Assembly: GCF_006345805.1 (NCBI RefSeq)
Contig: NC_043000.1
Location: 27,218,001-27,282,000, forward strand
Length of the DNA stretch: 64,000 bases
From: Octopus sinensis
Lineage: Eukaryota
Direction: 5' to 3'
Under the pieces are notes generated by a model, which saw only the letters and a list, made by a program, of their open reading frames with translations, searched no databases and had not been told where the DNA came from. Both the position numbers and the translations under genes were made by a program. Shown piece after piece: positions 41,586 to 54,633 of this stretch (within the stretch, counting starts at the first letter, position 1; each line of letters starts with the position of its first letter).

Positions 41586-42163
<578 letters not shown>

Positions 42164-42998
42164 CGGGCTAAGTATTGTAATATTTCTAATGGCGTACAAT
42201 AGCGTGATAGAGGTCTTAAAACCTAGGTGTAATTAACGACAATTCTTAGATATGGATTGGTGCATTCATCTATGCAGCAAGCAGCCAGCAGGAATGAAAC
42301 TGCAATGTGACTATTGTATTAACTAACCTGTACGGCTTTGGTGAAACAGTAAGCGATGATTGGTAGAAATGGTAATGTGTCAAACGTAAATTACTTGCCA
42401 TATCTAATGATGTCACTTTACGATTCCTACTCTAACACAACGGGTGGTGGTGATTGATTTTCCTGACACAGTTGGGGTGTATAATGAAATAGGTGTCAGT
42501 AATGTAATGTGTTGATTTTTCAATGCTACATATGTACATACATTCATGCATACATACATACATATATATGCCTGTGTGTGTGTAGAAAGTTGAAAACGAC
42601 CCCGAACCCACTAGAGTAAACAAGAGAGACAGGCGGAAACAAAAGAAATGTGCCTTGTATTTGAATACTATGCAAATATTCTTTTAAAACCTTTCTTTTA
42701 ATATTTCCATAAGTTGAAAAAGTGTTAATTACTGAAATGCTTTTTTACAAAACTATTTTAGCATTTTCTGTCTTGACTGCTCCTAAGGACTTATGGACTA
42801 ACATCTACACAATCGGAAAGTTGAACTGTGAACCTTTATGCGTCTTTTTTCTTCTTTGTTCGTTTACTTATTCCTTTTCTCCAGTCCTTGATTTCATCGT
42901 TTCCTTAGTCAACACCCTTCACATTTTCCCTATTTGCCTCCGATGACGGAGCATCCCATCTTTTGGAATATCCCAGAAACAGGTATAAAACTTTAAAT

Positions 42999-43275
42999 TT
43001 TTTGTATGGCCTATATATTGCCTATTGCAATTGGCAATATATAGGCCATACAAAAACAGCCTACGAAAAAGGATGGCAGTACATAAATCCCAAATTAGGA
43101 ATCCTAAATACAGGAAAATACCTGTCAGCGGACACATAAATAGATGTACTTTAAATAAAAATCCAAACTTCACAACTTTCCCACTTTACCAATTCAGTAA
43201 CAACGTAACTTTCACTCAACGTCAAAATAAGGAACTCTATTTTATTAGAAAATTCAGACCAAGTTTAAACACCCT
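42999..43275 (+). pseudogene. Second Penelope-like GIY-YIG endonuclease remnant with 5-prime palindrome
   Basis: CNWQYIGHTK/NSLRKRMAVHKSQIRNPKYRKIPVSGHINRC..FPLYQF..RQNKELYFIRKFRPSLN, homologous to 8077-8463. Perfect 24-bp inverted repeat 42999-43022/43033-43056. Confidence 0.88.
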
Positions 43276-43329
43276 GGGCCAGGAACATTAAAACAATATA
43301 TTCGTCTTCCGAAAAGAAAAATGGAATTC

Positions 43330-43382
43330 TACCACTACCACCACGATCACTACTACTGCTGCTACTGCTGCTGCTGCTGCTG

Positions 43383-43452
<70 letters not shown>

Positions 43453-43685
43453 AACCATGGTCACTGCTATTACTACTACAAGCAACAGTCTTCAAGTGCT
43501 GATGATAACGGTCACTTTCACTGCTGCTGCTAGTACTACTACATCCAATGAACTACTACCACAACTCCATCCACAGCTGCTGCTGCTACAACTACAGCCA
43601 ATGCACTGCTGCAGCTCCAACAACCACCACCACCACCACGACGGTCACTACTACTACGACCAAGACTCACTGCTGCTACTGCTAT
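43330..43685. repeat. (CTA)/(CTG)/(CCA)n trinucleotide array
   Basis: Direct reading. Confidence 0.92.
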
Positions 43686-43830
43686 TTCGGCCTCTTCTCA
43701 TTTCCCTAACATTAGTAAACACATAAGACAGCTATTATGCTTCCTCCCCACAAAAAACCACCACATGGATTCTGTTGAGACTAGTAAGAAACAATTATGA
43801 ACTTTTTTATTACACTTAACTTTTTAAAAT

Positions 43831-43879
43831 ATTTTTGATAAGGTTCGTTTTTTACAAGAAGAACCGAAACATGTAAAAT
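43831..43879 (+). ncRNA. Minimal type I hammerhead ribozyme, U3-A8 core variant
   Basis: attt-TTGATAA-ggttc..gaacc-GAAA-catg-TA-aaat. Confidence 0.7.
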
Positions 43880-43975
43880 TTCAAAGAAAATTAAAATTTT
43901 TACCTTATATAGTGGCGTTTTCAAACTTCTTTATAAATAACTACCCACCCGTATACCCTCTATAATTATTATATG

Positions 43976-44053
<78 letters not shown>

Positions 44054-44505
44054 CATAAATATAAGAGAGTGACCTCTATGTGGTTAACTCTAGTGCTAAA
44101 AGTAGCTCCGTTACTGGTATAGCCACAAAAAGATGTTTCCAAGAAGAAATAACATTACATTTAACGTAAGGAAAGTGAAATATAACGAAAAAATAGATTA
44201 ACCCTGAACAATTGTTTCATTATTAATGTAATATGCAATCTTACGTACATAACGTCTATAAATCATCGGCAGAGGTTTGTCTTAAATACAATTTATTAGA
44301 CCTTCACGAGCGTCAAATGCACATCTTTTTGTGGCTATACCAGTAACGGAGCTATTTTTAGCACTAGAGTTAACCACATAGTGGTCACTCTTTTATATTT
44401 ATGAATAAATTTGTATTGTCTCCCTGGTTTTTATGTGCTTAGCCACTTGGTGTTAAATTGATGGTATTATTAAATCAATATCAAATTTTTCACCCTCATT
44501 TATAA

Positions 44506-44510
<5 letters not shown>
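44054..44510. mobile_element. Fold-back PLE-like cassette in (TA)n with degenerate HHR (44202-44275, minus)
   Basis: 83-bp inverted arms 44054-44136/44321-44403 and a ~105-bp one-sided extension. Minus: ctctg-CCGATGA...GAAA-caattg-TT-caggg. Confidence 0.7.
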
Positions 44511-44554
<44 letters not shown>

Positions 44555-44555
<1 letters not shown>

Positions 44556-45460
44556 GAAAGAAGGTTTGAAAATGCAATTTAAAAGATGTTTATTTACTTT
44601 ACCGGTTTCACTCTTTGGAAAAAGATTGTCAAAAGTAACATGTGGAAGTTTGGTTGCGTTAATTATTGGTTGTTGCAAATTGCTTCATTACATATATATA
44701 TACAGTCTTTGGTAACAGGGACATGTTAAGGACATAAAAAAGTTCAACAAGTTCCTTAAAATATTGGGCAAAAAAGATTACATAAATAATCGTTCTCAAG
44801 GACATACTTAAGATAGTTTCCAGAAGGAATTGATATTGGTACTATATCTGTATATTCAAACATGCACAGATATTGGTTGACTCAGAGTACTATAATCCAT
44901 ATAAATATACAGTCTTTGGTGACAACAGTATGTTTTTTAATAATTCCTACTGGAAATTACCCTGAGATGTATAATATATTTGTTTTAATCTTTTCTGCCT
45001 ATTTTTTCAGTGAGCTTGTTAAACCTCTTTATATTCTCAACATACTGTTGTCACCAAAGACTGTATATTTATATGGATTATAGTACTCTGTGTCAACCAA
45101 TATTCTGTGCATGTTTGAATATACAGATATAGTACCAATATCAATTCCTTCTGGAAACTATCTTAAGTATGTCCTTGAGAACGATTATTTATGTAATCTT
45201 TTTTGCCCAATATTTCAAGGAACTTGTTGAACTTTTTTATGTCCTTAACATGTCCCTGTTACCAAAGACTGTATATATATATGTAATGTAGCAATTTGCA
45301 ACAACCAATAATTAATGCAACCAAACTTCCACATGTTACTTTTGACAATCTTTTTCCAAAGAGTGAAACCGGTAAAGTAAATAAACATCTTTTAAATTGC
45401 ATTTTCAAACCTTCTTTCGTATATAATTCCACTCGTGCGATACCCCACAACTCAACTTTG

Positions 45461-45461
<1 letters not shown>
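44555..45461. mobile_element. Near-perfect long fold-back PLE pseudo-LTR pair in (TA)n, one U3-A8 HHR per arm
   Basis: Arms 44555-44934/45039-45419 (~380 bp, about 5 differences by eye), 104-bp spacer, ~36-nt one-sided tail 45426-45461. HHRs at 44594-44638 (minus) and 45336-45380 (plus). Confidence 0.85.
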
Positions 45462-45500
<39 letters not shown>

Positions 45501-46373
45501 TATTTGCCAACATAATATGGCAATCCTGATTAGGAGGAATGTTACTGTTATTTATCCCTGAGGCTAAATAACAGAAACATTCGTTCTAATCAGAAATGCT
45601 ACATTATGTTGGCAAATAATCTTTACCCTAGAGTAATCTTGCTGAATGTTTCTGGTTCAGAGATTTAGAAATAAATAGACATATACATAATAGATATATA
45701 TGTATGTTTGTAAGCGTGTGTATGTGTGTGTGTGTGTGGGAACACATACGCATATGAAGGCAAGGAAGGTGATGTAGATATCAATATAGCGTAAATTTAG
45801 TATATGTTACAGTTATTTAAGTGTAATGCCGATTCCAGTCACATTACATGTAAATGGTTAGGTGTGGTAAATTACACAAATCTTGTATAAACTTACTGGA
45901 TTCTGAAAAGCGGTTAGGCATCGTCCATGTAACAAACTCAATATTATGCAATCATATCTGATTCCCGAACTATGTGACTACCGTTGCTTCTTTGCTCGCT
46001 ACATCTGTTTCAAACTTTTAGTACTATTTAAGCGTAAATTTTCTTTCGTTGTGATATATTAGTTGTAAATGATTCTAGGGAAACGAAGATAATTGTGCAT
46101 GTGTGTGTGTGTGCGTGTGTGTGCATGTATTATTTCTCAATCACATGGTAATGTCAGTTGTTTATATACACATATATGTGCGCGCGCACATATGAATCCA
46201 GTGATTGTCAAATTTGCCTCCCAAAGATGTGGTTTTCAGTTCAACCATGCATTCCAGCAAACATTGCAGGTATTTTCTTTCATTTTTTTTTTTAGTCGTG
46301 CAAAGATCTTGGTAGAAAGATGTGAAAAATCTTGGTAGAAAGAGATTGGGCGGAAGCCCGTCTAGGTTAGTGA

Positions 46374-46608
46374 AATATTTCTTTACTACCCACAAGGGGT
46401 TAAATATAGGGGGGACAAACAAGGACAGACAAACGGATTAAGTCGATTATATGGACCCCAGTGCGTAACTGGTACTTAATTCATCGACCCCAAAAGGATG
46501 AAAGGCAAAGTCGACCTCGGCGGAATTTGAACTCAGAACGTAACGGCAGACGAAATAGCGCTACGCATTTCGCCCGACGTTCTAACGATTCTGCCAGCTC
46601 CCCGCCTT
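46374..46608 (-). mobile_element. SINE family A with 15-bp target-site duplication
   Basis: cgtctaggttagtga at 46359-46373 and 46609-46623. Core gtcgactttgcctttcatcctt..ggggtcgat. Confidence 0.92.
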
Positions 46609-47298
46609 CGTCTAGGTTAGTGATATTCATCTGTTTTTTTTTTTTAGTCTTCAATCGAAGCTCGGTTTAAAAACACCATCTTGAAAGTTGAGAAACAGTA
46701 TAGAAGTCCACTCTAAATAATACAAACACTAAATAGAAAGAATGCAAGATTTCCGTTCCTTCTAAATAGAAACAGAGCTGGCAGATATGAGAAATCAATA
46801 TTTCTGATGAACTCTATGTCAAAGCTCGCATGTCTTATAAGGGAAGACGTCTAGATAATTAATATAAACTGACCATTGTTGATATAATTGCTGTTATAAA
46901 CACCATGTCCGTAAAATATATACGTACAACTATAATTACAGACACAGGCAATATATATTATTTTTTGGTTACCGTACCGGTATTTCTATATTTATTTAGT
47001 CAATATTTATTTTCTTTCCATTCTGTCGAATCTGCGTTACTGTTTAATCAAGTTAATGGTATTTTGTGGACATAAAATATTAGCAAGGTAAGAAATATAA
47101 CAACAAAATAGACAAAACAATGATAAATATATAGAGTGTATTATACGTAGATTGTGTTTTATGGTTAAAAATATTGAAGTTCATATTGAGACTGAATTAG
47201 TAGTCTGTCTCTTAGGTGGGATATACAGTTACATAACAGAAGCCGTATACTAAACCGTATATCAAATATAAGTTACATCATACATACATACATACATG

Positions 47299-47344
<46 letters not shown>

Positions 47345-47699
47345 CATATATATATATACACATATATATATATGTATATGTGTACAAAATTTTAAGAACT
47401 GACCACTAAAAGTGGGCAGCCTGTATGCTATATATATACACATACATATACATATACCTATATATATACATACATGCATATATACATACATATATATTGC
47501 CCTCACCACGCCCATACCTACTACCTCCTCTTTTCGGGTTACCTTTATCTCTTCCTTATCTCAAATTTTAATACCCTGTCTCTTTAAATGTAGATTATAT
47601 ATGTTTCATATTATTTTCTATAAATTCTTATTCTTATGTTTTCTTACTTTAATATCCGTGTCGGCTTTTAAATCGAAAATAAAATCAATTTATTCATTC

Positions 47700-48300
47700 A
47701 ATGAGATAACTACAGTTTTATTCATATATCTTCTGCTATCTTGTGGAAAGATCCATTATTACTTGCTCAAAGACTTTCCAGTCATTTTTGCCGAAAAACT
47801 CTTCTACATGAATTTTTACATTTTCTTCAAACCTGTTAAATTTCAGATGACCAAAACAGGCAGGAATCAGACGTGGCAACATTGAGTGAATATGGAGGGG
47901 GCGGCAAATCTTCCCAACCACATCTGCAAAGAAGTGTGGTTTGGCGTTATCATTATGAAAGATGATGCCCTCACTATTAGCAAATACCGGAGGTTTCTGT
48001 TGGACCGCTGTGCTTAATTTGTACAACTTGTCAGAGTACACCTCCGAAATTATGGTCCTACTCGTGAGAATAAGCTAGTAAAGGGCCATAGCCTTCAAAT
48101 GCAACCAAATTGAAAGCATAACTTTCTTCTGATGAAGTCCTTCTTTTGAGGATCTTTATGATGGTCGGTCGTGCTTCCAGCATGATCATTTGCACTTTAT
48201 ATTACTTCAAAAGAATCGTTTCCTTTTCACAGCTGAAACGAATCACAGATGGAAATCCATTTGGTAAGGTTAGCCTGATTTGATTAATGCGAGACCCAAA
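47700..48300 (-). pseudogene. Mariner (DD34D-type) transposase remnant
   Basis: WVSH (WVPHEL-like), GLHQKKVMLSIW, IIFHNDNAKPH, WEDLPPPPYSLNVATSDSCLF (YSPDLAPSD-like). Multiple stops and frameshifts. Confidence 0.85.
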
Positions 48301-48510
48301 GATCATTCCTGATCATATCTTTCAACACTCAATTTGACAATCGGATATTAGTGTTGCTGAAAATCTTCAACTATTGATCTCTTTCGTTTAGTCATCAATT
48401 TACGGGTACGTAAATAAACTAAAGCCGGTTGTCATGTGGTATGTTGGGACAAATTCGACACAGTTAGACACATATACATACATACATACATATATGTGTG
48501 TGATTGTGCA

Positions 48511-48720
48511 TTCTTTTATTCTTTTAGCTGTTTCAGTCATCAGACTGCGGCCATGCTGGAGCGCCGCCTTTAGTCGAATAAATCGACCCCAGGACTTATT
48601 CTTTGTAAGCCTAGTACTTATTCTATCGGTTCTTTTGTCGAATCACTATGTCACGGGGACGGAAACACATCAGCATCAGTTGTCAAGTGATAGTGGGTGG
48701 ACAGACGGAGAAACACACAC
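48511..48720 (-). mobile_element. SINE family C, 3-prime half
   Basis: tttcagtcat.gactgcggccatgctggagc...gacttattctttgtaagcctagtactt. Confidence 0.85.
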
Positions 48721-48870
48721 ACACAAACACACACACACACACAACACACACACACACACATATATATAGCAGCAGTGTGAAATTGCCCCAAGACGACGTC
48801 GGCTGGAAATGAGGATTTTTTACTACACAGCTGTACCTTCACTTATTCAATTTTATATTACGTTTTTTGA

Positions 48871-49088
48871 AGGCGGCGAGCTGGCAGAAACGTTAGCACA
48901 CCGGGCAAAAATGCTTAGCGGTACTTCGTCTATCTTTATGTTCTGAGTTCTAATTCCGCCGAGGTCGACTTTGCCTTTCATACTTTCGGGGTCGATAAAT
49001 TAAGTACAAGTTGCGTACTGCGGTTGATCTAACCGTCTGGCCCACTCTCCACAAAATTTCGGGCCCTGTGCCTAGAGTAGAAAAGAAT
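48871..49088 (+). mobile_element. SINE family A
   Basis: aggcggcgagctggcagaaacgttagc...gagttc.aattcc...gtcgactttgcctttca. Confidence 0.88.
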
Positions 49089-49106
49089 GTTATATTTCTT
49101 TAAAAG

Positions 49107-49799
49107 AAATATTACATTATTTACATTTGATGGATATTTGTCCTCATCTTGTTTCTTGTTAACACAACGTTTCAGCTGATATTCCCTCCATCCTTTATCA
49201 GGTGTCTTGGGGAAATTTCGAACCTGGGTTCTCATTGCTAAGGTATTTTTAGATGTTGTTATTATTATTAGGATCTTTTCGGTTTGAACGGCAGTTTTTT
49301 TTTCTAGCGGTGTCATATGAAATTGTCAGCCATAATAATGACCCTAGTATCAATCTATTGCATTTCAGTCTCTTTTAGGGTTAGGGTTAGTTAGGGTTAG
49401 GGTTAGGGTTAGGGGTGAGGGGATGGGTATCTTTTTTTCTTCACAAATGTAAATAAACCCAATCTGTTTCTTAAACGACACAGAATGTTGTTTACCTCAA
49501 TGGACGTCAGTGATTGGTTGAAATTGCAGAAATTGAAGAAAAAAACAACAAATATCTTTCAAAACTATAGAATTTTCTCAATAAAGCCAAGAGAAAAAGA
49601 TGTTTTATAAACACATTCTACCAGTATACAAAGTTTAACATTTTTTAGTTACCTAGAAATTATGTTAAAAACTGCTGTTCAAACCGAAAAGATCCTTATT
49701 ATTATTATCATTATTATTATTCAGGCCACTGCCTGGAATCGAACTCGGAATCTTGGGGTTAGTAGCCCCGCTCTTAACCACTACGTCATATGCTCGTGG
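49107..49799 (-). mobile_element. tRNA-headed SINE-like element carrying a hammerhead motif (49161-49206), interrupted by a MITE
   Basis: Minus: A box tgacgtagtgg, anticodon-like gggg-ctactaa-cccc, B box gagttcgattcc, (AAT)n spacer, then gacac-CTGATAA-aggatg..cagct-GAAA-cg-TT-gtgtt. Confidence 0.75.
49271..49695. mobile_element. MITE (possibly PIF/Harbinger-type) with ~30-bp TIRs, TTA flanks and internal (TTAGGG)n
   Basis: ggatcttttcggtttgaacggcagttttt / aaaaactgctgttcaaaccgaaaagatcc; tta on both sides; TTAGGG x6 at 49375-49414. Confidence 0.85.
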
Positions 49800-50532
49800 A
49801 TATATCAATAGTTTTAAAGAAATATCATAGTGCGTATATCAGACCTATGTTCTTTTACATATTTAATATCGCTAGCATGCTATACATTTAATACAAGTAT
49901 GAACTAAACATATGTATGCGAATGCAAATATGTGTGCGTATAAGGTAGTGAGTCTGTAGTAATTGTCGGTGTTAAACTTTCGTGGTTGCGAAATATTTAG
50001 CTACCGCCTGCAAGCTAATCATTAACTCAGTTGATACAAAATTTATTTAACGTTTTCGAGCAAAGAACATTATTGTGTCAATTTATATCATGATATTTGC
50101 AATAACAGGAGAGAGACGCCGGCGGCATTTTGATACGTATACAATGTCTCACGTTATTTATTTCCTACACCGAAGAATCAGCAGTGTTCTGTTCATGGAG
50201 ATGTATATGTCTTTCGACGGTGTTTAGAGATGAACTAATGTAAAAGGAGATTATTTAGATATCTGTAGCAAGGAAAATATTTTCTATAATAATTTTAAGT
50301 GAAGAAAATTGTATTTAAAAATATGTTAAATTAAAGATATAATTGCAAATACCACGTTGGTACATGCTCTGATTTTCACACTTGGTGATCTAGAAAGGAA
50401 AACCAAATTCCTTGCGTCGATTCCTACATATATGAGTTCGCGCGTGCACACATATTCCCGTCACACGCATAATCTCAAAAACACACAAACACATTTATGG
50501 ATATATTAGCATAGATAAATAGATAGAAGATA

Positions 50533-50737
50533 GAGCTGGCAGAAACGTTAGCACACCGGGCGAAATGCTTAGCGCTATTTCGTATGCCGTTACCTTCTGA
50601 GTTCAAATTCCGTCGAAGTCGACTTTGCCTTTCATCCTTTCGGGGTCGATTAAATAAGTACCAGTTACGCACCTAATCCGTGTGTCTGTCCTTGTTTGTC
50701 CCCTCTATGTTTAGCCACTTGTGGGTAATAAAGAAAC
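50533..50737 (+). mobile_element. SINE family A
   Basis: Collinear with 57825-58050. Confidence 0.9.
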
Positions 50738-51024
50738 AAATAGACAGTCAGACAGACAGACAGTTTCGTTTGAAGTCTCTGACTAGTGAAACAGGGGAAA
50801 AATAATTCTACATGACGAATTCTACATTGTTCTGACCAAACTGGAGCTGTGTCATCGACCCATTATTTTTCGTGACAATCTGGAAAACATTTGACCCTTA
50901 GTTGGACTGTTCTGTTATATAGAGGGTTTATATTTGATGAGGTTACAAATGGTGACGAAAGACTTTGACAACTGGTTTATTTATTCGTTTTTAAGACAAT
51001 ATTGTGGTAGTTTTGATAACTCCT

Positions 51025-51422
51025 TTCTAAATTACGCACAAGGTTTAAAATTTTAGGAGAAGGGAAATAGTCGATTGCAACGTCCCCAGTTTTCAACTGG
51101 TACTTATTTTTTTGACCCCGAAAGAATGAAAGGCAAAGTCGACCCATGCGGAATTTGAACTCAGAACCTAAAGACGGACGAAGTGCAGCTAAGTATTTCG
51201 CCTGGCGTGCTAACGATTCTGCCAGCTCGTCGCCTTAAAAGAAATGTATTTGTTTTAGATTTTGACTCAAGGGCCGAAATTTAATTGGAGGGATAATACG
51301 GTTACATCGATCACAGTACTCAGCTAGTATTCATTTTATCGACCCCCAAAAGGATAAAACGTACAGTCAAACTCGACAGAGTTTGAACTCAGAACGCACA
51401 GAGGAACGAAATGCCGCTTAGC
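51025..51422 (-). mobile_element. Two tandem SINE family A copies
   Basis: tttgaactcagaac and gacccc..aa.ga. motifs occur twice (51025-51236 and 51270-51422). Confidence 0.8.
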
Positions 51423-51717
51423 GCGCTGCCTTTGTAAAGAGAAATACATCGAAAAAAGACATTTTAAAAATATATTTTAATCTATAAATATAAATAATAT
51501 GAATTACAGAAGATTATTAAGTAATTACTTTGTTATTGATAAATGAAACACAGTTATCTATGAGACACAACAGAATGATAACTCTGGGCGATATTTTCTC
51601 TGTTTGGACATATTCCAGATAAAAACAAATCCAAAACAGAACGTAGTCTCATTCAAAGATATAACAAAATTTATTTCCCTCCCCCTCTCACTTTCTCGCT
51701 CGCTCTCTCCCTTTTCC

Positions 51718-51872
<155 letters not shown>

Positions 51873-51880
51873 TATATATA

Positions 51881-52375
51881 AAAGTAGATAAATGGTACAA
51901 CAAGGCACCAATATTTACTGGAAAACAACAATCGGTATAAATACGACGCTATTGTATAGCTTCACTGCGTATATCCAAGTAAAGACGTGTGTGTGCAATA
52001 AACATGAAACAAATTTGTCTTTCCTCTAGGAAGAACATTCGATAATTGGACAACCTAGAATCGGATAATACAGGACCGGTTTCTAACTCTTCAAATACGT
52101 TTGACAACGTAAATTTGATTAGTCTTCATCAGCTGCATTTACATAGACAAAATTTCAAGATTTTTCTTTGTGGCTAATGCCGTGAGTCCTGATTGGAAGA
52201 AGAAGTCAACAACATCAACGATATTAACAACAAGAGCGACGACAAAAGTCTGGACGGTAAATTTAGCCATGTTTAGCTCTATTCTAGAAGAGCGTTGTAG
52301 TTTACTTGAAGCATTGTAATGCAGAAACGAAAGGATAAATTATGGAAAACGAAGAGCCAACGGTGGGCATTTGTG

Positions 52376-52377
<2 letters not shown>
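51881..52377 (-). mobile_element. Solo PLE pseudo-LTR-like cassette between (TA)n tracts
   Basis: (TA)n on both sides; contains the HHR at 52067-52139. Confidence 0.6.
52067..52139 (-). ncRNA. Type I hammerhead ribozyme, canonical core, GUC site
   Basis: aatgcag-CTGATGA-[long interrupted stem II: gact/agtt, tcaaa/tttga, tacgt/acgta]-GAAA-ccgg-TC-ctgtatt. Confidence 0.75.
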
Positions 52378-52410
<33 letters not shown>

Positions 52411-52575
52411 TCAGCTTTCCAATTCTCGATGTTATGATTAGTTATCAAACTTTTAAATTGTTTTACTAGACTAAAAATACAACACACGATCATTCTAAAG
52501 TTATACAGGTACAGTTTTCCTAAAGGGAGATAAGGCAAGTAAAGATTGATATATTATATATTTGTAGTACCAGTG

Positions 52576-52872
52576 TGAAGGTACGTGATTACAAGGTTAG
52601 GATATTCAGCAGACGAGAGTATGGTCTTGAGTTCTATTCCGGCACCGGGTTGTGACCTTGAGCAGGAATTTTATTTCACGTAGCTCCATTCCATTTTGCC
52701 GGCAAAAATGTGTTGTACCTCTATGTCAAACGGCCAGTCTTGTCACATTCTATGTCACGCTGGGAACACCTATCTGTGGAGTGCTCAGCCACTAGCACGT
52801 TTATTGCATGAGCTCGCTGTTCCGTTGATCGACGCACCTATAACCCTCGCTGTCGTAACTCACGAAGTGCCA
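52576..52872 (+). mobile_element. SINE family B, degenerate
   Basis: gagttctattcc, ccttgagcag..tttatttcacg, gtggagtgctcagcca. Confidence 0.75.
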
Positions 52873-53043
52873 GTTCGTATTACCAATGGAGCAATGCTTT
52901 CAGAGTAGGACAATTCGGTGAAATACCGAAAAGGCATGGGTGTATGCTTAAGAAACTCGCCCTGCAAACAGGTGGTTCGTGGCTCAGCCCCATTGCGCAC
53001 GCAATGTAAGAAAATGTCTTCTATAATAACTCTTCTATAATAA

Positions 53044-53562
<519 letters not shown>

Positions 53563-53624
53563 TAGATAGTAGATACATAGATAAATGTATATATATGAAT
53601 ACATATGTCTGTGTTCTTGTGTTT

Positions 53625-53822
53625 CTCAATCACAATCACTGCTTGATAACCGGTGTTGATTTGTTTATGTCTATTTAATCTGGAGCTTCTGCAAAAGAAG
53701 CAAATAGAAAGAGCGACATAATTTTTTGAAACATACTTACAGAGGGCGATTCATTTGACTAAACAATTGAAGGCAGTGTTCCACCTTGGCAACAGACTCG
53801 TGACTGCACCAAGTAAAAGATA
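53625..53822 (+). mobile_element. SINE family C, old 3-prime half
   Basis: gcttgataaccggtgttg, tttgactaaa, tgactgcaccaagtaaaaga. Confidence 0.6.
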
Positions 53823-54228
53823 AATCATAAACATTCTCTCACTTTAACTGCAAATATCACATTGAAATTCTACTGGTGCAACCACTATAATATAAAACAA
53901 TCGCCGCTTATTTCTGTTACAAAGCACACACGTAAGAAAATCGCAAGCTTAAACACACACTCATATATTAGTTACGACCCCCCCCCCCCCAACGCGTTTA
54001 AAACTCACATTGGAGACATGATAAAGAAAACAAAGAACAACGCCCATACTTACTGACTTAGAACAGTCACAGGTGCCGTATTTAGCAAAGAAGATGCAAA
54101 AAACAACGATATACAAATAATACCTTAGATAGATCATTAGACTATGGCAATCCCACCTAGGCCTCTAAACGCTTTTTCGCTTTCTCCATACAGACACGCA
54201 CAGAAATATATGTGTGTGCGTGTATATG

Positions 54229-54267
<39 letters not shown>

Positions 54268-54280
54268 TTGTATATATATG

Positions 54281-54326
<46 letters not shown>

Positions 54327-54521
54327 ATGTATGTATGTATATATCTGTGTGTGTGTCTGTCTTTGTTTGTGTAGACAAATACGTGTGGGTATATATCTAC
54401 ATATATAACATATACATACACTCGTACACATGCATAAATGTACATATACGCGCATATATTTATGAATATATACATTTATATAATATATTATAATAATAAT
54501 ATAATAATAATAATATATTTC

Positions 54522-54558
<37 letters not shown>

Positions 54559-54586
54559 GTGTGCGCACCCACACACTCAAACACAC

Positions 54587-54633
<47 letters not shown>

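Noticed and set aside
42711-42750. ttgaaaa-agt..act-GAAA, possible U3-A8 motif
   Set aside because: Stem I and helix III are unconvincing in very AT-rich sequence.
46804-46830. CTGATGA at 46804 (also at 55 and CTGAAGA at 33722)
   Set aside because: No stem II plus GAAA plus UH arrangement follows.
49375-49414. Chromosome end or fusion scar
   Set aside because: Short, single-orientation array located inside a TIR-bounded element.
49721-49799. Functional tRNA gene (ACT anticodon-like loop)
   Set aside because: No proper acceptor stem, and it is part of a repeated element. Treated as a SINE head, as are the family A, B and C heads.
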